DNA of 64,000 bases from an uncultured Phascolarctobacterium sp. (GCA_900757795.1 CAAEPE010000045.1:33062-97061), one strand, 5' to 3'; positions 8,884-18,853 are shown, counted from the first letter of the stretch. Notes: generated from the sequence alone by a model not told the origin. Program-made: numbers and translations.

Positions 8884-10164
8884 TTGAGTAAATTATTGAT
8901 TAAAAACATTGAACTTCTGCATACTCCCTATGGTCAACTGCAAAATATCGCTGTTGAAGATAATAAAATTACCTATGTAGGTGCAGATATTCCTATAAAT
9001 ATGCAGGACGCAGAAATAATTGATGGACAAGGTAAGCTGGCAACCGCTGGTATGGTTAATACTCACGGTCACGTTTCTATGACCTTGCTGCGCAGCTATG
9101 CTGACGATATGGCGCTCATGGATTGGCTGCAAAATAAAATTTGGCCTATTGAGGATAAAATGGATGCCAACGATATTTATTGGGGCGCTATGCTTGGCAT
9201 TGTAGAAATGCTTAAAGGCGGTACTACTTGCTTTGCTGATATGTATGCTTTTATGGAGGATGTTGCTAGAGCATGTGCAGTAACCGGTATTCGCGCTAAT
9301 TTGTGCCGCGGACTTATCGGTGTCGCTCCGGATAAGGATGTAAAGCTGGCGGAAAACAATTTGCTGTTTGAAAATTGGCATGGCTACGATAATGGACGTA
9401 TTCGCGTTACCTATGGACCTCACGCTCCTTATACCTGTCCGATAGATTATTTAGAAAGGGTTATTGAGGAAGCTGCAGAGCATAAAGCAGAAATTCAAAT
9501 GCACTTGTGCGAAACTAAATTTGAAGTTGAAAGCTGTGTCAAAGAACATGGCGTAACGCCTATTAAACTCATGGATAGCTTAGGCATGTTTGAGTTAGGC
9601 ACTATTGCTGCGCATTGCGTGCATTTAAGTGACGAGGATATGGAAATTATGGCGGCTAAAAAGGTGCGCGTTGCTCATAATCCTCAAAGTAATTTAAAGC
9701 TGGCAAGCGGTATTGCGCCTGTTGCACAAATGCTGGATAAAGGTATTTGCGTAGGCTTAGGTACTGACGGCGCTTCCAGCAATAATAATCTGGATATGCT
9801 GGAGGAATGCCGCGCTGCAGCAATGTTGCACAAGGCTACAACCTTTAATCCGCTGGTAGTGCCTGCTGCTAAAGCATGGGAAATGTCTACCTGCGACGGC
9901 GCCAAGGTTTTAGGCTTTGAAAATTTAGGTACTTTAGAAGCAGGAAAGCTGGCAGATATTGTGCTGTGGGATACCCATAAGCCTTACTGGTATCCGCGTC
10001 ATAATAAGCTGTCACAGCTGGTTTATGCCGCTAATAGTAGTGACGCTGATACAGTGATTATTGCTGGCAAAAAAGTTCTTGAAAGCGGAAAATTGCTGAC
10101 TTTTGACGAAGAAAAAATTTATGCAGAGGCTCAAGCTTGTGCAGAAAAATTAGTTAATAAATAA
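8884..10164 (+). CDS. mtaD: Amidohydrolase: 5-methylthioadenosine/S-adenosylhomocysteine (5'-deoxyadenosine) deaminase
   Basis: HGHVSMTLLR metal-binding motif, HLCE and GTDG..S motifs of the MtaD/DadD subfamily. TTG start with an AGAGGTGG RBS. Confidence 0.75.
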   Translation: MSKLLIKNIELLHTPYGQLQNIAVEDNKITYVGADIPINMQDAEIIDGQGKLATAGMVNTHGHVSMTLLRSYADDMALMDWLQNKIWPIEDKMDANDIYWGAMLGIVEMLKGGTTCFADMYAFMEDVARACAVTGIRANLCRGLIGVAPDKDVKLAENNLLFENWHGYDNGRIRVTYGPHAPYTCPIDYLERVIEEAAEHKAEIQMHLCETKFEVESCVKEHGVTPIKLMDSLGMFELGTIAAHCVHLSDEDMEIMAAKKVRVAHNPQSNLKLASGIAPVAQMLDKGICVGLGTDGASSNNNLDMLEECRAAAMLHKATTFNPLVVPAAKAWEMSTCDGAKVLGFENLGTLEAGKLADIVLWDTHKPYWYPRHNKLSQLVYAANSSDADTVIIAGKKVLESGKLLTFDEEKIYAEAQACAEKLVNK

Positions 10165-10192
10165 ATTTAAGTTTATATCAGGAGGGAACATT

Positions 10193-11035
10193 ATGGCAAA
10201 AATCATTACCAAGGAACTGATAGCTCCTGCGGTTTACGAGATGGTCGTAGATGCGCCTTTGGTGGCTCATAAATGCCAGCCGGGGCAGTTTGTCATTGTA
10301 AGAACCGATGAATTCAGCGAGCGTGTGCCGCTGACTATTGCCGATTTTAACCGCGGGACTGGCTGCATTACCTTAATTATTCAAGCAGTAGGCAATACAA
10401 CCCGTCATCTGTGCGAAAGCTTCAATGTCGGCGACGATATTTTAGACGTTGTTGGTCCCTTGGGCCGTCCTTCTGAAATGGGCAAATTTGGTACTGTGGT
10501 AGTAGTTGGCGGCGGTATCGGCGTTGCGCCGGTTTATCCTATTGCCCGCGCTTATCATGAGTTGGGCAATAAAGTTATTTCCATTATCGGCGCTCGCGAT
10601 AAGGATTTGATTATTTGGCAAGAGAAAATGGCTGTTATCAGTGATGAAGTAATTATTACCACTGATAACGGTTCTGCTGGACGCAAAGGCTTCGTAACTG
10701 ATCCGTTGCGTGAAATGCTGGAAGCAGGGGAGAAAATTGATTTAGTGCTGGCTATTGGTCCTGTTATTATGATGAAAAATGTTGCTGCCGTAACCAAGCC
10801 CTTTGGCGTAAAGACTACTGCCAGCCTCAATACTATTATGGTTGATGGTACAGGCATGTGCGGCGGCTGCCGTGTAATGGTTGGCGGCGAAAATAAATTT
10901 GCTTGTGTAGACGGTCCTGAATTTGATGCGCATCAGGTTGATTTTGCCAATCTGGTAATGCGTCAGCAAATGTACAAGAACCAGGAAAGCCTGGAATATA
11001 GCTGCGGAGGTCATTGCAAATGCGTGGAGGAATGA
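10193..11035 (+). CDS. nfnA: NfnA/SudB-type FAD/NAD(P)-binding ferredoxin-NADP reductase-like subunit with a C-terminal 2Fe-2S site
   Basis: PGQFV..R core, GGGIGVAP, and a C-terminal CGGCRV....C cysteine cluster. Confidence 0.75.
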   Translation: MAKIITKELIAPAVYEMVVDAPLVAHKCQPGQFVIVRTDEFSERVPLTIADFNRGTGCITLIIQAVGNTTRHLCESFNVGDDILDVVGPLGRPSEMGKFGTVVVVGGGIGVAPVYPIARAYHELGNKVISIIGARDKDLIIWQEKMAVISDEVIITTDNGSAGRKGFVTDPLREMLEAGEKIDLVLAIGPVIMMKNVAAVTKPFGVKTTASLNTIMVDGTGMCGGCRVMVGGENKFACVDGPEFDAHQVDFANLVMRQQMYKNQESLEYSCGGHCKCVEE

Positions 11036-12411
11036 GAAACTCGATGCCGGAACAGCCGGCCAACGTGCGCAACAAAAATTTTGAAGAAGTAGCTCTTGGT
11101 TATACTAAGGAAATGGCAGTAGACGAAGCACAGCGCTGCTTGAATTGCCCGAAACCACGTTGTGTAGGCAGTTGTCCTGTTAATATTGAAATCCCCAAAT
11201 TTATTCACGAAGTAGCGCAGGAAAATTTTGTCGAAGCCTATAAGATTTTAAAACGCAAAAGCGCGCTGCCTGCTGTTTGCGGACGCGTATGTCCGCAGGA
11301 AAACCAGTGCGAGGGTAAATGTATTTTAGGCATTAAAGGCGAGCCTGTTGCTATTGGCCGTTTGGAGCGTTTTGTAGCGGATTATGCCCGCGAGCATGGT
11401 TATGATAATGAAGTTGAAGCTCCGGCAGAGCGCAAGGGTAAAAAGGTTGCTATCGTAGGCAGCGGCCCCAGCGGCTTGACCTGCGCCGGAGATTTAGCAA
11501 AAATGGGCTATGACGTTACCATGTATGAGGCTCTCCATGCTGCAGGCGGCGTGCTTATGTATGGTATTCCGCAATTCCGTCTGCCTAAAGAAATCGTACA
11601 GCACGAAATTTCCGGTTTGAAAAAGCTCGGAGTAAATATTGTAGTTAATGCTGTAATCGGCCGTACCTTTACTATTAAAGAGTTAATGGAAGAGGAAGGC
11701 TTCAGTGCTGTTTATGTTGGCACTGGTGCTGGCTTGCCGCATTTTATGCACATTGATGGCGAAAACCTTAACGGCGTATATTCTGCTAATGAATTTCTTA
11801 CCCGCGTAAATTTAATGAAGGCTTATCAATTCCCCAATGTAGCAACTCCTGTTTATGTTGGCAAGAGCGCTGCCATTGTTGGTGCCGGCAACGTAGCTAT
11901 GGATGCTGCCCGTACCGCTAAGCGTTTGGGTGCGGAGCATGTTTACATTGTTTATCGCCGCAGTGAGGAAGAAATGCCTGCTCGTAAGGAAGAAATCGGT
12001 CACGCTAAAGAAGAAGGCATTGAACTGCGTCTTTTAAATAATCCTACCGCTATTATCGGCAACGAAAAAGGTTGGGTAAGCGGATTGCAATGCGTAAAAA
12101 TGGAGCTGGGCGAAGCTGACGCCAGCGGCCGCCGCAGTCCTGTGGCTATCGCAGGCAGCGAATATGTTCTTGATGTTGATATGGTAGTCATGGCTATCGG
12201 TCAAGGTCCTAACCCTTTAATCAAAGACACTACTCCTGATTTGGAAGTTAATAAACGCGGCAACATTGTTGCTGATGAGTTCGGCGCTACGTCTATTCCT
12301 GGCGTATTTGCCGGCGGCGATATTGTCACTGGCGCTGCTACCGTAATTTCCGCAATGGGCGCCGGTAAAAAAGCTGCTGCCGCTATTGATGAGTATTTAC
12401 AAGGAAAGTAA
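11014..12411 (+). CDS. nfnB: NfnB/GltD-type NADPH-dependent oxidoreductase beta subunit (glutamate synthase small-chain family)
   Basis: Two 4Fe-4S Cys clusters (CLNCPKPRC..C; CGRVCPQENQCEGKC) and two Rossmann GxGxxG sites (VGSGPSG, VGAGNVAMD). Overlaps nfnA by 22 nt. Confidence 0.8.
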   Translation: MQMRGGMRNSMPEQPANVRNKNFEEVALGYTKEMAVDEAQRCLNCPKPRCVGSCPVNIEIPKFIHEVAQENFVEAYKILKRKSALPAVCGRVCPQENQCEGKCILGIKGEPVAIGRLERFVADYAREHGYDNEVEAPAERKGKKVAIVGSGPSGLTCAGDLAKMGYDVTMYEALHAAGGVLMYGIPQFRLPKEIVQHEISGLKKLGVNIVVNAVIGRTFTIKELMEEEGFSAVYVGTGAGLPHFMHIDGENLNGVYSANEFLTRVNLMKAYQFPNVATPVYVGKSAAIVGAGNVAMDAARTAKRLGAEHVYIVYRRSEEEMPARKEEIGHAKEEGIELRLLNNPTAIIGNEKGWVSGLQCVKMELGEADASGRRSPVAIAGSEYVLDVDMVVMAIGQGPNPLIKDTTPDLEVNKRGNIVADEFGATSIPGVFAGGDIVTGAATVISAMGAGKKAAAAIDEYLQGK

Positions 12412-12464
12412 TAGTATAATATTATTTTGCATTCTAATAAGAGATAGTTAGAACAAAATATTTT

Positions 12465-12515
12465 GGTTTAGGGTAAACCGGAAGATTTTCAGTTTACTCT
12501 AAACCATATTTTATA
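12465..12515 (+). terminator. Strong intrinsic terminator after nfnB
   Basis: 14-bp stem GGTTTAGGGTAAAC/GTTTACTCTAAACC (one G·U pair) followed by ATATTTTAT. Confidence 0.65.
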
Positions 12516-12539
12516 TATTACATGAAAGGGAAAATTTAA

Positions 12540-13670
12540 ATGAGCCTTTCAATATTTTCATACTTAAAAAGCTATATTCCTACTGAAAAAAGAAATCCTC
12601 AAGAAGATTATTTAACTCAGTTATTTGCTTGGATTCTTGAAAATATACCTGGAACTGCAACAAGTTATGTACGTTTTCTTTGTGATAAAAATTCCAATAT
12701 CAATATACCTATTAGTGATGATACCCTTATAAAAGTGGATACTCAACGAGTTGTAAGCAGCGGAAGAATTGACATGTTTCTTTCGGTTGATGATAAATGG
12801 GGAATAATTTGCGAGCATAAAATTGATAGTGAGTTAAGCGAAAATCAGATAGAGAAGTATATGCTAAGTAGCCTTGAATTAGAAAATAGAAAGCTTTTTT
12901 CTATATTGCTGACAAAAGATAAGTCTCAGCATACTCAAAAAGCAGATGTTTCTCTTATTTGGAAGGATATCTACGAGTTGTTTAGTGATTTGCTTTCTTC
13001 ATATACTGAAGAAAATTATTTTGTAATTAAACAGTTTTTGTTATATTTAGAGGAAAATGGTATGGGAAAAGAGGAACCAATTAAAATAAATTTGTTCAGT
13101 TCATATTTTAATTTTCAAGAAGTAAACAAAAGGCTTAACGGTATTTTTGAAAGTTTAGTTTCTCAAAATTGGAGACTTTTGTGTCCTAATTTAGAAAATA
13201 TTGATCCTAATTTTACTAGATATCAGCCAAAATTTAAAAAGGAATGGTATGGGAGAAAAGGTATTGATTTTTTCTCTACATGGTATCCTTTGCCTGGACT
13301 CTTTGCAGGAATAATAATGGATACATCTGACCATTTAATTTGTCCTATTGATAAAAATAAAGGACCTGATTTTGTAGTTTTATTGGATTATAACTACGAC
13401 CGTCAAAATCAAGGTATTAGGCAAAATTTTCTTAGCTCCGATGAGTTTATTGAATTAAAGGCTAGATTGAAAACAAATCATCTTTCCTTTGAACTTTTAT
13501 TGGACAACGAATTAAAGAATCAATGGCGTATTTTGGTATTAAAAAAACCATTAGTAGATATACTTGATAATTTATCTACATATGAAGAGCAATATCAGGC
13601 AGTGTTAGACGAAATCAAACTTGGTATTAACCTTCTATGTCAAGTAAAATTCAAAAACAAATTAGAATAG
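12540..13670 (+). CDS. Hypothetical protein with an N-terminal PD-(D/E)xK nuclease-like motif set; the gene is markedly AT-rich
   Basis: 376 aa. Motifs E(QEDYLTQ)...D(GRIDMF)...E-x-K(ICEHK) in the order expected for PD-(D/E)xK. GC is far below its neighbours. Flanked by terminators on both sides. Confidence 0.55.
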   Translation: MSLSIFSYLKSYIPTEKRNPQEDYLTQLFAWILENIPGTATSYVRFLCDKNSNINIPISDDTLIKVDTQRVVSSGRIDMFLSVDDKWGIICEHKIDSELSENQIEKYMLSSLELENRKLFSILLTKDKSQHTQKADVSLIWKDIYELFSDLLSSYTEENYFVIKQFLLYLEENGMGKEEPIKINLFSSYFNFQEVNKRLNGIFESLVSQNWRLLCPNLENIDPNFTRYQPKFKKEWYGRKGIDFFSTWYPLPGLFAGIIMDTSDHLICPIDKNKGPDFVVLLDYNYDRQNQGIRQNFLSSDEFIELKARLKTNHLSFELLLDNELKNQWRILVLKKPLVDILDNLSTYEEQYQAVLDEIKLGINLLCQVKFKNKLE

Positions 13671-13700
13671 AGTTGTTAAAAATTTATTGTAAGATAAATA

Positions 13701-13762
13701 AAAACTCCTTGTACATATAAGCCTATTCAGCTTAACCTTTGTACAAGGAGTTTTCGTTTTTT
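13701..13762. terminator. Bidirectional terminator between the orphan gene (+) and cstA (-)
   Basis: Stem AAAACTCCTTGTACA/TGTACAAGGAGTTTT with a 24-nt loop and T-runs on both strands. Confidence 0.5.
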
Positions 13763-13780
13763 GAAGAAATAATTTAGATT

Positions 13781-15403
13781 TTACGCCTTACTGCTGCCGA
13801 ACAAATTCTTACGTGCTTCAAAGAACAGTGCGATTGCCAGTACAAAGAGTACAGTGCCAAGACCAGCAGTAATAAAGTGGCCTGCGCCAAAGTTTGCAGA
13901 TACAATTTGTACCAAAGCTACAAGCGTTACGCAGAACATAAACAGCATGGGAACTACAACCATCAAATTGGTTTTACCGACGCTCTTAAGCCATACGCCA
14001 ATAGCCAGCAGAGAAAGAGCAGCCAGCAGTTGGTTTGCTGCACCGAAAATCGGCCAAATGGTCAGATAAGAGCCTAAAGACATATAACCGGAAAGTACAA
14101 CGGTAATTAAAGTTGCTACATACGGATTGGTAAGAATAGAGCCTTCTGCTTTACCGGTTTCAGCGTTAACTTTAGTAAATAACTCTTGGAAAATGAAACG
14201 GCCCAAACGGGTGGAGGTATCCAAAGTAGTCATAGCAAAAGCGGAAATGGTTAAAGCAACAAAACCTTTTGCTACGCCGAAGGGGAAGCCGAAAGTTGTC
14301 ATAAAAGTACCAACGCCGTCAGCAAATACGTTTACAGGGCCGCCTGCTTTTAAAAGAGCGGTCAGTTTATCGCCGCCAACATAGCCAACAGCTACAACGG
14401 AAACAACTGCCAAAACGCCTTCCAACAGCATGGAACCATAACCAATCAAACGAGCGTTGCCTTCGTTATCCAGTTGTTTAGATGTAGTACCGGAAGAAAC
14501 TAAGCTGTGGAAACCGGAAATAGCGCCACAGGCAACGGTTACGAACAGCATGGGGAACATAGGATTGGTGCCTTTGCCGGAAGGATCAAAAGAGGTAACA
14601 GCCGGAAGCTGCATAGTAGGCTGATAAAGAATGATACCAATCAAAGCAAAAGCTATGCACGCATACAGCAGGAAAGAGTTCAAATAATCGCGGGGCTGAA
14701 GCAAAATCCAAACCGGAGCAATGGAAGCAATAAAAATATAGGCCATCAAAATACATACCCAAGTATTTTTGCTCAAAACGAGAGGGAACATATTACCCAA
14801 AGCGATGCAGATAATCAACAAAATAACACCTACAATGGTGCCAATGCTGAAGCTTACGCCGCCGCGATATACCGCTAAACCAAAAATTACAGCTAAAATA
14901 ATAAAGAGCAGGGAAGAGGTAGCAGCCTGCGGACTGGCAACAAAAGTTGCAGCAACAATGTTGGCAAATGCAGCGATAACAACCAGCAAGGTTACATAAG
15001 CAAAAATGGAGAACAAAAATTTGCCGCTTTTGCCTAAAGTTGCTTCAATAATTTGACCAATGGTTTTGCCTTCAAAACGTACAGAAGCGAACAATGCGCC
15101 AAAGTCATGCACGCCGCCGAAGAAAATACTGCCGACTAAAATCCACAGCATAACCGGAACCCAACCGAAAACTGCTGCGGTAATAGGGCCAACGATAGGG
15201 CCTGCACCGGCAATAGAGGAGAAATGGTGACCCATTAAAACGGCAGGGGGAGTGGGCATGTAGTCCACGTTGTCGCGCAAAGTTTCTGCCGGAGTTTTGC
15301 GCGATGGGTCGATACCCCATTTTTTACACAGCCAAGCGCCGTAAGTAGCATAGGCAATGAAGAAAATAATCATTGAGCCTGCGAGTAATAAAAATCCACT
15401 CAT
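13781..15403 (-). CDS. cstA: Carbon starvation protein A (CstA-family peptide/pyruvate transporter)
   Basis: Multi-TM CstA signature throughout. The true start is probably ATG 15403 (MSGFLLL), preceded by an AAGGAAG RBS. The ORF track extends to 15535 through the upstream UTR. Confidence 0.85.
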   Translation of the reverse strand: MSGFLLLAGSMIIFFIAYATYGAWLCKKWGIDPSRKTPAETLRDNVDYMPTPPAVLMGHHFSSIAGAGPIVGPITAAVFGWVPVMLWILVGSIFFGGVHDFGALFASVRFEGKTIGQIIEATLGKSGKFLFSIFAYVTLLVVIAAFANIVAATFVASPQAATSSLLFIILAVIFGLAVYRGGVSFSIGTIVGVILLIICIALGNMFPLVLSKNTWVCILMAYIFIASIAPVWILLQPRDYLNSFLLYACIAFALIGIILYQPTMQLPAVTSFDPSGKGTNPMFPMLFVTVACGAISGFHSLVSSGTTSKQLDNEGNARLIGYGSMLLEGVLAVVSVVAVGYVGGDKLTALLKAGGPVNVFADGVGTFMTTFGFPFGVAKGFVALTISAFAMTTLDTSTRLGRFIFQELFTKVNAETGKAEGSILTNPYVATLITVVLSGYMSLGSYLTIWPIFGAANQLLAALSLLAIGVWLKSVGKTNLMVVVPMLFMFCVTLVALVQIVSANFGAGHFITAGLGTVLFVLAIALFFEARKNLFGSSKA

Positions 15404-15628
15404 AAAAAAACTTCCTTTCTTACATTTGCTTCTTCGCAAAAAAATTATAAAAAATTGGCGCACAACAAACAAATATTGTGCAATACTTTCTAACAGTATA
15501 TCATATTTTGTATTTTTGTCAATAATTTTAGTCAAATAAACATGAAAGTGTAAACTTGTTGGACAAAAGCATAAAAATATGTTAACTTGTTCTGTACAAA
15601 TTATTCTGCATAGGCTTGTTGAAGAATT

Positions 15629-16126
15629 TTATTGGTTCTTGAATGCAAAATATCCGGCAGTTTTTTGACCAGCTTTATTATAAATAAGCTTTTGCGAGGG
15701 AATATCTACAACATATAATGCCAAATCCGACCAGCCCTTGAGGCTAAAGCAGTAATCTTTGTGATATTTAATTTTTACTAGATAATGTTCCAGATTAGGG
15801 GCCATGCCAGCCTCGCAGATAAACACTAAAGCAAAAAGACTACTCATGTGCTCGGTGGTAGTTTTTAGAGTCTGCATTTTTTCTTTAATTAAATTGATAT
15901 ACGGCTCAATTTGCTCTTTGGTAACAGTTTTTGTGAAGCGCTGCACAAATAAATATTCGTTGTGCTTTACACTATAAGTTTTAATACTAGGTACCATAAA
16001 ATAGCCTTCATCCGAGGCGTTAAGTTCGGCAATAAGTGCAAAAGGCAAGGCCTCGTCCAGAGTTTTGTTATCAAAATAACGCTGCAGGCGTTGTTCGATT
16101 AGCTTTAAATAAGTTTTTCCGTCCAT
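15629..16126 (-). CDS. Hypothetical protein (165 aa, no recognised domain)
   Basis: Clean ORF with coding-like composition and its own divergent promoter region. No family recognised by eye. Confidence 0.5.
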   Translation of the reverse strand: MDGKTYLKLIEQRLQRYFDNKTLDEALPFALIAELNASDEGYFMVPSIKTYSVKHNEYLFVQRFTKTVTKEQIEPYINLIKEKMQTLKTTTEHMSSLFALVFICEAGMAPNLEHYLVKIKYHKDYCFSLKGWSDLALYVVDIPSQKLIYNKAGQKTAGYFAFKNQ

Positions 16127-16318
16127 AAGTTTCTTCCTTTATATAATACTGTTTTTATCATAGTATAAGGTATATACTGCTGCTTGTCCAGAAATATCAA
16201 AACCAATGAAATTTTTATTGTGAAGATTTTGCTAAATTCTACAAGTATACACCATTATCCAAGGGTAATATGATATAATAACTTTGGTAGATACAAAAAT
16301 TTTTATGAGGTGATATAT

Positions 16319-16894
16319 ATGCAATTCCCAATCGTTTTGGGCGTCAGCGCCCGTCATGCACATTTATGCCGCGAGCATATGGATATTCTTTTTGGCAAGG
16401 GCAGTGAGCTGCACTCTAAAAAACCTATTGGACAGCCTGGCCAATATGCGTCTGAAGAACAGATTACAATGGTTACTCCTAAAGATTCTATGAAACTGCG
16501 CATCATTGGTCCCTTGCGTCCTGAAACGCAAATTGAGCTTTCTTTGACAGATGCGCGTAAAGTTGGGTTAAATGCACCTATCCGTAACAGCGGTGATATC
16601 GCGGGTTCGGCCGGTGCTAAGCTGGTTGGCCCCTGTGGAGAAGTAGAAATTAAAGAGGGCATTATTATTGCTGCCCGTCACGTACATCTTTACCCTGAAA
16701 CTGCTGAAAAATACGGTTTAAAAGACGGAGATATTGTTGATATTCAAACTGAAGGCGAGCGCAGCCTTACTTTGCACAATGTTTTGGTACGTGCCGGTGT
16801 GAAGCATGCTGACGAAGTACATATTGATACTGATGAAGCCAACGCCTGCAATTTGAATAGCGGTGTGATGGTAAATATTGTTTACAATAAATAA
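16319..16894 (+). CDS. pduL: Phosphate propanoyl/acetyltransferase of the PduL family
   Basis: Duplicated PduL motifs (GVSARHAHL ... IIAARHVHL) with a GAGGTG RBS. It stands alone, with no microcompartment shell genes nearby. Confidence 0.8.
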   Translation: MQFPIVLGVSARHAHLCREHMDILFGKGSELHSKKPIGQPGQYASEEQITMVTPKDSMKLRIIGPLRPETQIELSLTDARKVGLNAPIRNSGDIAGSAGAKLVGPCGEVEIKEGIIIAARHVHLYPETAEKYGLKDGDIVDIQTEGERSLTLHNVLVRAGVKHADEVHIDTDEANACNLNSGVMVNIVYNK

Positions 16895-16931
16895 GAAATA
16901 AGGCGAAGCCAAAGCAGAGGAGGCGACAGCC

Positions 16932-18458
16932 ATGAAAAAAAGTTTAGCTTTGACAGCGGCGCTGGTGCTGTGTGCAAGTCAAGCTTGGGCATACGATAAT
17001 TTACATGCCGGTTACAGCGTACAGGATAAGAACCCGTTCTACAAAATGGCGAGCAAGGATATTTATGCTTATTCCAGTTTTGGCGCTGATAACCTAAGCA
17101 AGCTGGAAAAAATACAGCGCGGCAGTGTGCATATTATTGCTTATTATACCGCCGAGGAAATGGAAAAAATTATCGGCGAAAAATTCACTACTGCCTATTT
17201 TGACAAGCAATATGAGCAAATGGCTGTGCTGCAGCGTTCCGAACTTAATAAGCTTACTGTTCCAAATCCTTTGCTGGATATGGAACGTTATGCTGAACAA
17301 GATAATGATAATACCATAATTACGCAGTATTATAAGGAACAATTTAAAACCTTAGAACCTAAGATTAGTCTTGGTATAGTCAATGGTCAGCGCACCATCA
17401 AGCTATCATATTTGTATAAGCAGATGAAAAGCTTAATTGCTGTTGATCAAACGCTGCTTTCGGCTAATGATCGCCTTTATATGCTGACAACGGTAACAGT
17501 TGACGATAAAATTTATGCTGACGACGCTAAAACTACGGCTGATAAAGAGCAAAAAGAAACAACCGCTGATGATGTCGTTGGTAAGGAAAAACTCAATGAA
17601 GCCATAAAGCAGGCCACAAAAATTGAAAAAGTTAACCCTGACGATATAGACGCAAAAATTATTAAAGCAATGGATAAAACCCATGAGCGTTTTATCAAGG
17701 GATTTAAAGCTTTTGCGCCGCAAGGCTCTGCTAAGCCCATTGTTCTAAAGGATGATGTTGCGAAAAAAACTATAACACTGCCGCAGGATTGGTTCTACAC
17801 ACAAATTCAGATTAAAGAAAAAGAAGCAGAGGGCAGCATTACTACGGCCGCATCCTTACCGGCAATGAAAAAAATTGCCCAAGAGCTTGATTATATGGGG
17901 ATTTATGGACTTTTCGCTGATGATTTTATCATGAAGCGCTCCAATACTCATATAGAGGCTGCGGAGCCAGATGATGGCAGCGATAGCCATGCGTCAACGG
18001 AAGGCGAAGCTAAGATTAACTATGAATTATCAGAAGCAGCGGAAGCAAAAATTCTAGCTGAAACCCGTAAGGCTTTGAAGAACTTTGACGCTATGCTCTT
18101 CACCTGCAGCTTTAAATTCAATGATAAGGATTTTCAGGAAATGCTGGCACTGCCTCGTACGCAGCAGTTAGAAACAGAAATGTTTTTGAGTGAAACCTTA
18201 CAAAGACTTAAAAATCACCATAATCAAGACGCATATCTTTCTTTAGATGATTATTCATATGATATCAGCTTTACTAAAGAAAAAGTGCTCATTGATATCA
18301 ATACTAAAATTAGCGTGCTTAAGGATTTTAAATTTACTAATTTAATGCGTTTTGCATCTCTGTCCAATAATTGCGGTGGTATGATGTTGTATACCCATAA
18401 AAGTGATTTACCGGCTGACGAACAAATTATGAAGGGTATTGATGAATGGCAATTTTAA
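16932..18458 (+). CDS. Secreted hypothetical protein (signal peptide, Lys/Asp-rich central region)
   Basis: N-terminal MKKSLALTAALVLCASQAWA signal peptide with an AWA/Y cleavage site. Lies 37 nt downstream of pduL with a GGAGG RBS, so it is probably co-transcribed. Confidence 0.6.
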   Translation: MKKSLALTAALVLCASQAWAYDNLHAGYSVQDKNPFYKMASKDIYAYSSFGADNLSKLEKIQRGSVHIIAYYTAEEMEKIIGEKFTTAYFDKQYEQMAVLQRSELNKLTVPNPLLDMERYAEQDNDNTIITQYYKEQFKTLEPKISLGIVNGQRTIKLSYLYKQMKSLIAVDQTLLSANDRLYMLTTVTVDDKIYADDAKTTADKEQKETTADDVVGKEKLNEAIKQATKIEKVNPDDIDAKIIKAMDKTHERFIKGFKAFAPQGSAKPIVLKDDVAKKTITLPQDWFYTQIQIKEKEAEGSITTAASLPAMKKIAQELDYMGIYGLFADDFIMKRSNTHIEAAEPDDGSDSHASTEGEAKINYELSEAAEAKILAETRKALKNFDAMLFTCSFKFNDKDFQEMLALPRTQQLETEMFLSETLQRLKNHHNQDAYLSLDDYSYDISFTKEKVLIDINTKISVLKDFKFTNLMRFASLSNNCGGMMLYTHKSDLPADEQIMKGIDEWQF

Positions 18459-18853
18459 AAGTTGCTTAAAATATACTCAAGTGTGATTGCTTGCTTGAAT
18501 GCAGAAGTAAACGCGACTATGGTCAAAAAGTCAACAGGGCTTTATCACGACATTTTTTCGAGCTGTTACTTTTCTCAAAAAATCATCTCTTAAAATCGTT
18601 TCTGAGTGATTTTTTTGAGGGTATCCATATAAAACCATGGACCATTTTTGTATCGCGCTCATAAAATGAGCATTTTGTCAAGTTTTGGACCTAGGGGAGG
18701 GTATAGCAAAGCTAGGGTGTCGCTTGTCCCAGTTGCAAATAGACTTGCGACCCCTCCGCACTTCCTCTTTAGGGGCATATATACACTTTTTTATTTAAAT
18801 AATAAATGTCAACAGAAGCCGGAGATTAGAAAATTCTCCGGCTTCTACTTATA

